Assembly (NCBI GenBank): GCA_049421965.1
Contig: JBMSNZ010000001.1
Span: 2,016-66,015, forward strand
Reading direction: 5' to 3'
From: Erythrobacter sp.
GTDB lineage: Bacteria; Pseudomonadota; Alphaproteobacteria; Sphingomonadales; Sphingomonadaceae
Length of the DNA: 64,000 nucleotides
A program made the position numbers and the translations under genes. The notes under the pieces were generated by a model. That model did not search any database. It was not told the origin of the DNA and worked only from the letters and a program-made list of their open reading frames with translations. This document shows, piece after piece, positions 32,885 through 42,330 of the stretch (positions are counted from its first letter, which is position 1; the number at the start of each line of letters is the position of its first letter).

Positions 32885-34071
32885 TGCTGACTTGCCAGTC
32901 GTGCTGCCGCACCCGTGGGCCGCCGCCCCAGTGCCCTTCCGCGCGCGCTCATGCCGCCGGCAATCTCGCGCGCATCCGCGCCTGCGCCCCAGAAGGTGTC
33001 GAAGCGGTTGGCGCCCTTGATCGCACCGCCGGTGTCCTGCGCGATCCATAAGCCGTCAGCCTCGTCGCGTTCCATGTCGAGCCACACCGGCGCGCCCAGC
33101 GGCACGAAACGCGGGTCGGCCGCAACCGAGCTTTCGCGCCGCACCGGCACGCCCAGCGCACCCAGCGGCCCATCGCCCTTCAACTCGCGGAAGAACACCC
33201 AGCTGGGGTTCATCCGCATGATCTCGCGGCCTTCCTCAGGGTGGTCCCGCAACCAGGCAACAATGCCCTGCATCGAGGTGGGATACTGCCCTGGCTCGCT
33301 GCCCAGATGGCCACGCTCGCGCAGCACGCGGCCGATCGCGACATATTCATGGCCGTTTTGCCCGGCATAGCCGATCCGGATCACTTCGCCCTCTGGCGTC
33401 ACCAGCCGTCCCGAGCCCTGGATCTGGAGAAAGAAGAATTCCACCGGATCCGCCGCCCAGGCCAGTTCCAGCCCGCGCCCGGCTAGCGCGCCCTGTTCGA
33501 TCTCGGCACGGCTGTAATAGGGCACATGCGCGCCGCTCGCATCGGTCCGGCCGAGCGGCGCGCGGCCGGTGCGCTGATCTTCGGGCACAGTGGCGGGCCA
33601 GGCGCGCACAAGATCATCCGGCAGGCCATAAACCGGCACGTCACAGCCGGGCCGCGGCGTGCGGCAGCCCGCGATTTCCGGCTCGAAATAGCCGGTGGCA
33701 AAGGCTGCACCCGTACCCACGCGCACCGCCTCGAAATGCGCCTTGAAGAATTCGGAGGCCTGTTCGGGCTGCCAGCCCGGCGCCGCTGCGCAGGCCACTT
33801 GCCAATCGTCGCGCGTGGTCAGACCGCTCTGGTCGTCCCTGGCCAGCAGCTTGGGGCAGGATTCCACAAAACCCGCCAATGCCGAGCGGGCATCGGCACC
33901 GGAGAACGACAAGTCAGCCAGCGCCGGGCCGGCAGCGACACCGGCCATCAACGCGCTGGTGATTTCAGGCGCTGCGGGAGGAACTGCTGGCGGAACGACC
34001 GCTTGCGCGCAGCCGCCGAGCGCCAGCACAGCGAGCAGGATCGACGCAGAGCGGCCACGGCGGCGGATCAT
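32881..34071 (-). CDS. mltA: Membrane-bound lytic murein transglycosylase A
   Basis: LGGC lipobox; ATGYFEP, IQGSG, NPSWVFF, AQDTGGAIKG..RFDTFWG (3D motif). Confidence 0.92.
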   Translation of the reverse strand: MIRRRGRSASILLAVLALGGCAQAVVPPAVPPAAPEITSALMAGVAAGPALADLSFSGADARSALAGFVESCPKLLARDDQSGLTTRDDWQVACAAAPGWQPEQASEFFKAHFEAVRVGTGAAFATGYFEPEIAGCRTPRPGCDVPVYGLPDDLVRAWPATVPEDQRTGRAPLGRTDASGAHVPYYSRAEIEQGALAGRGLELAWAADPVEFFFLQIQGSGRLVTPEGEVIRIGYAGQNGHEYVAIGRVLRERGHLGSEPGQYPTSMQGIVAWLRDHPEEGREIMRMNPSWVFFRELKGDGPLGALGVPVRRESSVAADPRFVPLGAPVWLDMERDEADGLWIAQDTGGAIKGANRFDTFWGAGADAREIAGGMSARGRALGRRPTGAAARLASQQ

Positions 34072-34103
34072 GCCGTGTCTCCCGCTGGCAGCCTTTGGAA
34101 GGG

Positions 34104-34766
34104 TCAGCCTTCGTCGGTTTCGTCGAGCAGCCAGTCAGGCCGCGCCGAAGTGACATCGCGCGAGAAGGTCCAGATGTCGCGGCTCTCGATCGCGTCGTTG
34201 AGCGATCCGGCGATCACGGCACCATTGGCATCGCGGGTGACGGCAGCGATGTCCGAAACGAACAGCACAGCAACGCGCGCAATCCGCCCGTCGAGCACCG
34301 CCGAATGGATGCGGGTTTCCTCGATCCGGATCAGCTTGTTGTCGAGCGTCTGACCGGCCGCCTCGCGCGCGTCGATCGCCGAGGTAAAGCTGGCGTAGAC
34401 GTCGGTGTCGCACAGTTCGCGCAGGGTCTCGCGGTCGCCCCGCCAGTATGCTTCCAGCACCATTTCATAGGCGCCCTTGGCGCCTTCGAGGAAGGCGATC
34501 AGATCGAACCGCGGATCAGCCGCAGCGATATCGCGCACGCCGCGCTCGACAGCAGGCATCAGGCCATCGATCCGCGGCTGCGGCTTGGCGGCCGCGGCCT
34601 GCGAAACCGCCTTGGGCGCCAGCGGCGCGCCACGCTCGTCCTCGCCGGCGTCGAAGCGATGCGGGATCACTTCCTCTTCATGCTCGGCCCGCTGGCCCAG
34701 CACGGAATAGAGGCGCAGGCCCAGAAAGGCCGCGATCATGGCGAGAATGACGATTTCGACTATCAC
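34104..34766 (-). CDS. Tim44/TimA family protein
   Basis: GTG start; N-terminal TM ILAMIAAFLGLRL; FLEGAKGAYEMV, DIWTFSR..PDWLL. Confidence 0.85.
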   Translation of the reverse strand: MIVEIVILAMIAAFLGLRLYSVLGQRAEHEEEVIPHRFDAGEDERGAPLAPKAVSQAAAAKPQPRIDGLMPAVERGVRDIAAADPRFDLIAFLEGAKGAYEMVLEAYWRGDRETLRELCDTDVYASFTSAIDAREAAGQTLDNKLIRIEETRIHSAVLDGRIARVAVLFVSDIAAVTRDANGAVIAGSLNDAIESRDIWTFSRDVTSARPDWLLDETDEG

Positions 34767-35015
34767 TGCGTATGTTCCAGCCTCGGTGCGGGGCATGCGT
34801 CCCGCGATTGATGTACCCCCTGAACCGTTAAATAGGCTTTTAGGAGCCCAATCACAACGCCGCAGGGCTATTGCGGGTTCCTTTTTTCTTTGGGGCTGGC
34901 TTTGCAGCATCGGTTGCGAGCGCGCGACATGAGTGCTAGGCGGCGCGCCGTCCCGCTCCAAGGCGGCTTCACCACCGAATTCTACCTTGCATCCAAGACG
35001 CGAAAGTACCTGATC

Positions 35016-35543
35016 ATGGCCGAAGAAGGCGACGTCCTTACCAATCTCGACACCAACCCCGCCGCAGGCAACGGCGCCGACACGCTGCCGGCCGCCGGGA
35101 TCATCACGCAGTATGTGAAGGACCTTTCGGTCGAGAACCCCAATTCGCCGGCGGTCTATCAGTGGACCGAACAGCCGCAGATCGACCTGCAGTTCAATAT
35201 CGGCGCGAACAAGGTCAATGACGAAGTGAGCGAGGTCGAACTCAAGGTCAACGTGGTGGCCAAGACCTCGCAGGGCAATGCCTATCTGGTCGAGCTGGTC
35301 TATTGCGGGCTGATCGGCATCCGCAACGTGCCCGATGACCAGGCGCATGCCTTCCTGTTTGCCGAAGCCCCGCGGCTGCTGTTTCCCTTTGCGCGGCAGG
35401 TCGTGGCCGACGCCGTCCGCAACGCCGGTTTCCAGCCGCTGATGATCGATCCGATCGATTTCAACGGGCTCTACTTCCAGCAGCTGCAAGCCAAGCGCGA
35501 GCAGGAAGCGGCCATGGCTGCCGCGCCTGCGGGCGAGGCGTGA
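35016..35543 (+). CDS. secB: Protein-export chaperone SecB
   Basis: QYVKDLSVENP, LLFPFARQ, IDPIDF. Confidence 0.93.
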   Translation: MAEEGDVLTNLDTNPAAGNGADTLPAAGIITQYVKDLSVENPNSPAVYQWTEQPQIDLQFNIGANKVNDEVSEVELKVNVVAKTSQGNAYLVELVYCGLIGIRNVPDDQAHAFLFAEAPRLLFPFARQVVADAVRNAGFQPLMIDPIDFNGLYFQQLQAKREQEAAMAAAPAGEA

Positions 35544-35572
35544 TCCGGCACGCATGAACGAACGGCTCTGAC

Positions 35573-37138
35573 ATGAGCCTTATAAGGAACGTCGGGACGA
35601 TCGGCGGGCTGACCGCGATCAGCCGCGTATTCGGCTTCGCGCGCGACATCATGCTGGCACGCGTGCTAGGCGCTGGCGGCGTGGCCGATGCCTGGCAGCT
35701 GGCGTTCCAGCTGCCCAATCTGTTTCGGCGGCTGTTTGCCGAAGGCGCCTTTGCCAGCGCCTTCGTGCCGCTGTTCAATCGCCATATGACCGAAGGCGAA
35801 AGCGAGGCGCGGCGCTTCGCGGGCGAAGTGCTCGCCGTGCTGCTGCCGATCCTGGTGATGTTCGGCGCGCTGATGATGCTGGCGATGCCATGGGTGCTGT
35901 GGCTGTTCGCCAATGCCGATCTGCGTGCGGATAGCGGCACCTATGCGCTGGCCGTGCTGATGGGCCAGATCGCCTTTCCCTATCTGCTGTTCATGAGCCT
36001 TGCGACATTGACCGCTGCGGTGCTCAATTCGCTCTCGCGCTTCGCTGCGGCAGCCGCCGCGCCGATCCTGCTCAACATCTGCCTGCTGGCGGCGCTGGTC
36101 TGGGGGGCGCTTCAGCCCGATGGCGAGGCAACGCGCCAGGCGACCGGTTTCTTTCTGGCGATTTCTGTATCGGTCAGCGGGCTGCTCCAATTGCTGTGGC
36201 TGCGCTACTGGATGCGCCGGGCCGGCTTCACCATCCCGCTGGGTCGCCCGCGGCTGACCACGCGGGTCAAGGAAATGGGCGTGCTGATCGTGCCCGCTGT
36301 ATTCGGCGCCGGCGTCTACCAGATCAGCCGCTTCATCGACCTCGCCTTCATGCGCCAGCTGCCCGACGGCAGCCTGACCTATATGGCGATGGCCGATCGC
36401 TGGAACCAGCTGCCTCTGGGCATCATCGGCATCGCCCTGGGCACAGCAATCCTTCCTTCGCTGAGCCGTTTCATTGCGCGCGAAGAGGCCGATGAGGCGC
36501 AGCGCCTCCAATCCAATGCGATCGAGCTCGCCATGCTGCTCACCGTGCCAGCGGCGGTCGCACTGTTCGTAACCGGCAGCGCCTTTGTGCGCGTGTTCAT
36601 GCAGGCGGGCGAATTCACTGCCGAAGATGCGGCGATCACCGGCTCGCTGGTCTCGGCGCTGGTCGTTGGCCTGCCCGCCTATGTTCTCGTGAAGGTGCTG
36701 ACCCCCAATTTCTTCGCGCGCAAGGATACCCGCACACCGGTGTATACGGCAGCCGCGAGTTTGGTGGTCACCGTGGTGCTCAATGTCCTGCTGGTGCCAC
36801 AGATCGGGGTACTCTCGCTGGCTTTGGCAGGCGCGATCGGCGCCTGGGTCAACACCATGCTGCTTTACCTGATCCTGGCGAGGCGCGGGCAGTTCCAGCT
36901 GGCCGGCCGCGTTATCGGCCGGCTGGCGCGGATCGTGCTGGCAGCGGTGCCGATGGGCGCTGCACTGTGGCTGGCGATGATTGAGGGTGATCCCTACTTC
37001 ACCGGCAGCACGCTGGAGCGGATGGCGTCGATCGCGGCGCTGATCGTGATCGGTCTGGTCAGCTATGCGATCTTCGCAGTGCTGCTGGGGGTTCTCGACA
37101 AGGCTACAATCCAGCGCCTAAGGCGTCGCCAGGCTTAA
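35573..37138 (+). CDS. murJ: Lipid II flippase MurJ (MviN)
   Basis: [30 protein letters not shown]. Confidence 0.95.
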   Translation: MSLIRNVGTIGGLTAISRVFGFARDIMLARVLGAGGVADAWQLAFQLPNLFRRLFAEGAFASAFVPLFNRHMTEGESEARRFAGEVLAVLLPILVMFGALMMLAMPWVLWLFANADLRADSGTYALAVLMGQIAFPYLLFMSLATLTAAVLNSLSRFAAAAAAPILLNICLLAALVWGALQPDGEATRQATGFFLAISVSVSGLLQLLWLRYWMRRAGFTIPLGRPRLTTRVKEMGVLIVPAVFGAGVYQISRFIDLAFMRQLPDGSLTYMAMADRWNQLPLGIIGIALGTAILPSLSRFIAREEADEAQRLQSNAIELAMLLTVPAAVALFVTGSAFVRVFMQAGEFTAEDAAITGSLVSALVVGLPAYVLVKVLTPNFFARKDTRTPVYTAAASLVVTVVLNVLLVPQIGVLSLALAGAIGAWVNTMLLYLILARRGQFQLAGRVIGRLARIVLAAVPMGAALWLAMIEGDPYFTGSTLERMASIAALIVIGLVSYAIFAVLLGVLDKATIQRLRRRQA

Positions 37139-37157
37139 GCTGACAGGAAATCCATCC

Positions 37158-38177
37158 ATGCGTGTCGTCTCCGGAATCCAGCCCACCGGCAAGCCGCATC
37201 TCGGCAATTACCTGGGCGCGATCCGCAATTACGTGAAGCTGCAGGACGATGCAGCTGCGGCGGGTGGCGATTGCCTGATCTTCCTGGCCGATCTGCATGC
37301 GATCTCGATGCCGCATGACCCGCAGGAGCTGCACGACAGCACGCTCGAACTGGTCGCCACGCTGGTTGCCTGCGGGCTCGATACGGACAAGACGATCCTG
37401 TTCAACCAGGCGCAGGTCCCGGCGCATGCCGAACTCCAATGGCTGCTCAACGGCACCGCCCGGATGGGGTGGCTCAACCGGATGACGCAGTGGAAGGACA
37501 AGGCCGGCAAGAACCGCGAGGGCGCCAGCATTGCACTGTTCACCTATCCGGTGCTGCAGGCGGCTGACGTATTGCTGTACCAGGCGACGCATGTCCCGGT
37601 GGGCGAGGACCAGAAGCAGCATCTGGAGCTGGCGCGCGACATCGCGCAGAAGTTCAACAACGATTTCGCCGCGCCCGATGCGCCGGTGTTCACCCTGCCC
37701 GATCCGATCATTCCGCCCGAAGCCGCGCGGATAATGAGCCTGCGCGACGGCAGCGCCAAGATGTCGAAATCCGACCCCAGCGATATGAGCCGCATCAATC
37801 TGGCAGACGACGCCGATGCGATCATGCAGAAGGTGCGCAAGGCCAAGACCGATCCGGAGCCGCTGCCGAGCGAAGCCGCCGGGCTCGAAGGGCGGCCTGA
37901 AGCGCTGAATCTGGTCGGCATCTACGCCGCATTGGCGGGCAAGAGCACCGAGGCCGTGCTGGCCGAATTCGGTGGCCAGGGCTTTGGCGCGTTCAAGCCG
38001 GCGCTGGGCGAATTGCTGGTCGAAACGCTGGCACCCATCGGGGCGCGGTTCCGCGAGCTGAAGGAAGATCGCGAAGCGCTCGACGCCATCCTCGCGCGCG
38101 GGGCGCTGCGTGCCCGCGAACTGGGGCGCCCGACGCTTGATGCCGCCTATCGGGCGCTCGGGCTGGTGCGCGGCTGA
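37158..38177 (+). CDS. trpS: Tryptophan--tRNA ligase
   Basis: [31 protein letters not shown]. Confidence 0.97.
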   Translation: MRVVSGIQPTGKPHLGNYLGAIRNYVKLQDDAAAAGGDCLIFLADLHAISMPHDPQELHDSTLELVATLVACGLDTDKTILFNQAQVPAHAELQWLLNGTARMGWLNRMTQWKDKAGKNREGASIALFTYPVLQAADVLLYQATHVPVGEDQKQHLELARDIAQKFNNDFAAPDAPVFTLPDPIIPPEAARIMSLRDGSAKMSKSDPSDMSRINLADDADAIMQKVRKAKTDPEPLPSEAAGLEGRPEALNLVGIYAALAGKSTEAVLAEFGGQGFGAFKPALGELLVETLAPIGARFRELKEDREALDAILARGALRARELGRPTLDAAYRALGLVRG

Positions 38178-38307
38178 CGCCAAGCCTGCGACATTCAATT
38201 CCTATTCAGCACTGCGGCTTTACAAGCATCGCGGTGAATGACAGCCTGCCATCTTCCGGCAGGTCGATCGCGGGACTGGCCCTGCGGTCTGCAATAGGGG
38301 TAGGTTT

Positions 38308-38997
38308 ATGAGCTTGAAACAACCGCTTCGCGCTCGCGCGCTCAAGCTTGCTGCGGTGCCGTTGCTGCTGGCCGGGCTTGCCGCCTGCGCTTCGCCGGGC
38401 TTCAAGGCCGATGTCTCGCGCTTCCAGGCGCAGCTGCCGGCCCCGGCTGGCGAGAGCTTTGCGGTGGTGGCAGACGATCCGGCGCTGGCCGGCGGCCTCG
38501 AATTCGCGCGCTATGCCGATCTGGTCGAAGCGCAGATGGAGCGGCTCGGCTACAAGCAAGCCGCCGAGCCCGGCCAGGCCAGCCTGCTGGTGCGGTTCGA
38601 TTACGGTATCGACAATGGCCGCGAGAAAGTGCGCACCACCGATACCGGCTTCTACGATCCGTTCTGGGACCCGTGGTATCGCGGCTATTATCGCAGCCGC
38701 TATTACCGGCCGCGCGGGCTGTGGGGCTATGGCTTCTATGATCCCTGGTTCGGCGGCCCCGAAATTCGCAGCTACACGGTCTATACCAGCGAGATCGACC
38801 TCAAGATCGACCGGGCCGGCAGCGGCGAGCGGCTGTTCGAAGGCAAGGCCCAGGCGGTATCGACCTCCAACCGGCTGCAGCACCTCGTGCCCAACCTGGT
38901 CGAGGCGATGTTTGTCGACTTCCCCGGCAATTCGGGTGAGACCCTGCGCATCACGATCCGGCCCGAGGAAACCAAGGTCAAGCGGATCGAGAACTGA
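38308..38997 (+). CDS. DUF4136 domain lipoprotein
   Basis: LAAC lipobox; aromatic/Gly-rich middle segment; RLFEGKA..LVEAMFVDFPG. Confidence 0.78.
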   Translation: MSLKQPLRARALKLAAVPLLLAGLAACASPGFKADVSRFQAQLPAPAGESFAVVADDPALAGGLEFARYADLVEAQMERLGYKQAAEPGQASLLVRFDYGIDNGREKVRTTDTGFYDPFWDPWYRGYYRSRYYRPRGLWGYGFYDPWFGGPEIRSYTVYTSEIDLKIDRAGSGERLFEGKAQAVSTSNRLQHLVPNLVEAMFVDFPGNSGETLRITIRPEETKVKRIEN

Positions 38998-39018
38998 TTT
39001 CGCTGCCATCGCAAAATG

Positions 39019-39050
39019 GAAAGGGCGGCACCGCAAGGAGCCGCCCTTTC
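39019..39050. terminator. Bidirectional terminator between DUF4136 and yjhX
   Basis: GAAAGGGCGGC / GCCGCCCTTTC perfect 11-bp stem between convergent genes. Confidence 0.75.
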
Positions 39051-39060
39051 GCTTTGTGGT

Positions 39061-39318
39061 TCAGCGGTTGTCGAGCTGCGCCCGGACCGCCAGCAAACCT
39101 TCGCGCGTGATGCGATAGGCCGTGCCGTTCTGGCTGCGGATCAGCCGCCGCTTGCGCAGGCGTGCGAACACGCCAAGCGAGCAATCCACCAGCCGGAATC
39201 CATCGCGGTTGTAACAGTCGACCGTGATTATGCGGCCCCGTTCATCGCGCTGGTATTCGATCCGTCCACCCTGCGCGAGCACATGCAGCACGCGCTGCTC
39301 ATGTTTCGAAATATTCAT
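39061..39318 (-). CDS. yjhX: YjhX/TopAI family (UPF0386) protein
   Basis: 85 aa [51 protein letters not shown] matches the family as I recall it. Confidence 0.85.
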   Translation of the reverse strand: MNISKHEQRVLHVLAQGGRIEYQRDERGRIITVDCYNRDGFRLVDCSLGVFARLRKRRLIRSQNGTAYRITREGLLAVRAQLDNR

Positions 39319-39322
39319 GGGA

Positions 39323-39450
39323 AGAGACTTCCATAACGCTGAGGTCAATGACCACGCGCCCACGGTGCCGAACTGTCCGGCACGAGGCGCGACGCTGCCC
39401 ATTGCCCACGAGATTTCGCGGGGCCGGGCGCTCAGCGGATGGCAGTCTCT
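39323..39450 (-). promoter_or_regulatory. Structured 5' leader (translational attenuator) of yjhX
   Basis: AGAGACT-G-CCAT-C-CGCTGAG pairs with CTCAGCG-TT-ATGG-A-AGTCTCT (18 bp); inner hairpins GTGCCG/CGGCAC and CGCGCC/GGCGCG. Confidence 0.65.
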
Positions 39451-39455
39451 GACAT
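39432..39455 (-). CDS. Candidate leader peptide (uORF) MSETAIR, toiL-like
   Basis: GGGGAA RBS then ATG TCA GAG ACT GCC ATC CGC TGA; sequence complementary to the yjhX RBS region. Confidence 0.6.
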   Translation of the reverse strand: MSETAIR

Positions 39456-39526
39456 AATTCCCCGACCGGAAACGGAAGCGCGATCTAGGAGCAAGGCAGC
39501 GCTACGGTCAAGCGCCGCATAGGTTA

Positions 39527-39991
39527 TCAGCCCAGCAGCCTTTCGTGCCCGCCAGTCGATCCGAACCCGCCCGCGCCGCGTGCGGTCTCGTCGAGTTCTT
39601 CAACCTCGTGCCAGGCCGCCTGAGTGACGGGTGCGAGCACCAGTTGCGCCACGCGGTCCCCGCGCGCGATCGGAAAGGGATCCGCACCATGATTGATGAG
39701 GATCACCTTCAATTCACCCCGATAATCGCTGTCGATCGTACCTGGCGTGTTGGGCACCGTGATGCCGTGCTTGAGCGCCAGCCCGCTGCGGGGGCGGACC
39801 TGGATTTCATATCCTTGCGGGATCGCCACGGCGAAACCGGTTGCGACTGCATGGCGCGCACCGGGAGCAATGGTAACCGTTTCGGCCGCGACAATGTCCA
39901 TCCCGGCGGCACCGGCGGTGGCATAATGCGGCAGCGCCAGCCCTGCACCATGCGGCAGGCGCTTGATCTCCACCCCCACCGGTTCAGCCAT
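39527..39991 (-). CDS. dut: dUTP diphosphatase
   Basis: [38 protein letters not shown]. Confidence 0.97.
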   Translation of the reverse strand: MAEPVGVEIKRLPHGAGLALPHYATAGAAGMDIVAAETVTIAPGARHAVATGFAVAIPQGYEIQVRPRSGLALKHGITVPNTPGTIDSDYRGELKVILINHGADPFPIARGDRVAQLVLAPVTQAAWHEVEELDETARGAGGFGSTGGHERLLG

Positions 39992-41711
39992 TGGCTTGCT
40001 TCACCGCCAGCGCGTCAGCCATCTTCTGCACCAGTGCCATGGCCACTTCGAGCTTGGGCATTTCCTCGAGGCTTTCGACCCCGTCTTCGTTGACGATGTG
40101 GACGCGGTTCATGTCACCGCCCATCACATTGCCCGAGACATCGTTGGCCACGATCCAGTCAGCCGCCTTGCGCTTGCGCTTCTTCTTGGCGTTCTCGATC
40201 ACGTCTTCGGTTTCGGCAGCGAAGCCCACCACCAGTGCCGGGCGCTTGCTGCCGGCGGCGACATTGGTCAGGATGTCCGGATTCTCGGTCAGCACCAGGG
40301 CCGGCGGAGCGGATCCGCGCTTCTTCATCTTCTCGGGCTTGTAATCCTTTGGACGCCAGTCAGCGACGGCCGCGACCATCACGGCCACATCGGCCGGCAA
40401 GGCCTTCTTCACCGCTTCCGACATCTGCATGGCGCTTTCGACGTCGACCCGGTCGACACCTTCGGGCGTGCGGAGCGAGACCGGCCCGGCCACCAGCGTC
40501 ACCTTGGCACCCAGTGCCGCGGCCGCGGCGGCGATGGTGAAGCCCTGCTTGCCCGACGAACGATTGGCAATGTAGCGCACCGGATCGATCGCTTCCCAGG
40601 TCGGCCCGGCGGTGACCAGCACATGCTTGCCTGCGAGCGGACGGTGCCCGTCCTCGACCGCAAATGTTTCGCCCGCCAATGCGTCGTCGTCGGTAGCGAT
40701 GACGTCTTGTGGCACGATCGGCTGGCCCTCTGCAGGCGCGGCGCCCTCCTCGAAAGGCTCCGGCAAGGCATCGCCCGCACCGGTTTTCACCGTGTGGTTG
40801 ATTGCGTCCGGATCGGTTGGCGGCGCGGAACTGGCCGCGCCCTTCTTGGCCAGGATCGGCCCGTCGGCGGCAGGTGCCGCTTCCGGCTCCTCGCCTTCGC
40901 CATCTTCGGCCGCATCGCCTTCGGCAAGCTCGGCCAGCGGCGCAGCCTCTTCCTCGGTGAGATACTCCGCCTCGATTTCCTGAGCTGTACGCTTGGGCGT
41001 CGAGCGCGGGATCAGTGACGACAGCAGGCCGCCCAGCCCGCCGCCCTTCGGCGCCACTTCGGGCTCCAGCGCTTCGACGATATCATCGCCGCCGCTATCC
41101 TCTTCTGCCTGATCTTCGGGTTCAACCGCTTGCGGAACAGCCTTCGGTGCGGGCGCTTCGACCACTATGCCGAAATGTGCGGCAATCTCGGCCCAGATCG
41201 CTTCGGGTTCCGGCAGGCGGCCATAACCGAATTCGCCGCATGCCATGGCTCCCTCGTCAGGATCGAGCACCTTTACGCCGGCCTGGCGCAGCCATGCAAG
41301 ATTGCGCTGAGTCGCCTCGTGCTCCCACATCCGCACATTCATGGCGGGCACGGCCATTACCGGCTTGTCGGTGGCGAGGATCAGCGTGGTCGCCAGGTCA
41401 TCGGCAATGCCTGCGGCCATCTTCGCCATGAGATCGGCCGTAGCCGGGCAAACCACCACCAGATCAGCCTCGCGGCTCAGCTGGATATGCCCCATCTCGG
41501 CTTCGTTCTTGAGGTCCCACAGCGTGGTGTGGACCTGGTTCTCGCTCAAGGCCGCGAGCGCCATGGGCGTGACGAATTGCTGCCCGCCCGCGGTCAGCAC
41601 GCAGGTGACATCGCCTCCGCCCTTGCGGATCAGCCTGACCAGCTCGCACGACTTGTAGGCGGCGATCCCGCCACCCACCACGAGCAGTATCTTCGGACCT
41701 GCGCCCTTCAC
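39984..41711 (-). CDS. coaBC: Bifunctional phosphopantothenoylcysteine decarboxylase/synthase with a long acidic insert
   Basis: [31 protein letters not shown]; then [27 protein letters not shown]; GTG start inferred. Confidence 0.93.
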   Translation of the reverse strand: MKGAGPKILLVVGGGIAAYKSCELVRLIRKGGGDVTCVLTAGGQQFVTPMALAALSENQVHTTLWDLKNEAEMGHIQLSREADLVVVCPATADLMAKMAAGIADDLATTLILATDKPVMAVPAMNVRMWEHEATQRNLAWLRQAGVKVLDPDEGAMACGEFGYGRLPEPEAIWAEIAAHFGIVVEAPAPKAVPQAVEPEDQAEEDSGGDDIVEALEPEVAPKGGGLGGLLSSLIPRSTPKRTAQEIEAEYLTEEEAAPLAELAEGDAAEDGEGEEPEAAPAADGPILAKKGAASSAPPTDPDAINHTVKTGAGDALPEPFEEGAAPAEGQPIVPQDVIATDDDALAGETFAVEDGHRPLAGKHVLVTAGPTWEAIDPVRYIANRSSGKQGFTIAAAAAALGAKVTLVAGPVSLRTPEGVDRVDVESAMQMSEAVKKALPADVAVMVAAVADWRPKDYKPEKMKKRGSAPPALVLTENPDILTNVAAGSKRPALVVGFAAETEDVIENAKKKRKRKAADWIVANDVSGNVMGGDMNRVHIVNEDGVESLEEMPKLEVAMALVQKMADALAVKQANG

Positions 41712-41900
41712 GAGCCCGTTCCCGTGCCCGCGCGCTGCGACACACACATGATAGCGATGAGCTCCCCTGGTTCGAACCGATGGCCCAAGCCTAGCCGCAT
41801 AGCCAGCCCGCGCCAACCCTGCGACATAGTGGTTAAGTTTTACCTAGCGCTTTCCTAACAAGCAGCTAACCTTAGGCGGGGACTGGGAGGGGAATTGGCC

Positions 41901-42320
41901 ATGATCCTGATGCTGCGCGCGCTCTTGCTGCTGGGCGGGTTGTTCTATGTACTGATGGGGATCGGCTTCCTGCTCGATCCGACCAGCTCGGGCGCCGATT
42001 TCGGCCTCATACCGCAAGGCACGCTGGGGCTTGCTTCGATCCGCGCTGACATGACCGCTTTCTTCGTCGTGGCCGGTGGCTGCCTGCTATGGGGTGCCTG
42101 GGCGCGCAAGGGCGATCCGCTGCTGGTTTCAGCGGCGCTGATGGCGATCGCGCTGACCGGGCGGCTGGTCACGCTGTTCGTCAATGGCCCGCACGAAGCC
42201 TTCTGGATGCCGATGCTGGTCGAAGCGATCACCGTGATGGTGGCGCTGGTCTGCTTCCGGGTGCTGCCACACCATGCCTTCGACGAGGAAGAGGAAGGCG
42301 ACAGCGCCGAGCTGGCCTAG
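41901..42320 (+). CDS. Small four-TM membrane protein (DUF4345-like)
   Basis: GGAGG RBS; IRAD..F and GRLV motifs; four hydrophobic helices; acidic tail. Confidence 0.65.
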   Translation: MILMLRALLLLGGLFYVLMGIGFLLDPTSSGADFGLIPQGTLGLASIRADMTAFFVVAGGCLLWGAWARKGDPLLVSAALMAIALTGRLVTLFVNGPHEAFWMPMLVEAITVMVALVCFRVLPHHAFDEEEEGDSAELA

Positions 42321-42330
42321 GATTCTGACC

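Noticed and set aside
32900-32940. MltA C-terminus reads ALGRRPTG where a hydrophobic strand is expected
   Set aside because: It can be explained by repeated T-to-G changes in a GGC-rich context, a typical sequencing artefact.
39019-39050. Shared AGGGCGGC/GCCGCCCT stem with the hairpin at 23833
   Set aside because: The loops differ and both sit at gene ends, so they are ordinary GC-rich terminators rather than a mobile repeat.
41830-41872. CtrA-like sites (CTAA-N7-CTAAC; also TTAA-N7-TTTA at 34828-34842)
   Set aside because: They are degenerate matches (1-2 mismatches) to a short AT-rich motif, too weak to call without conservation data.
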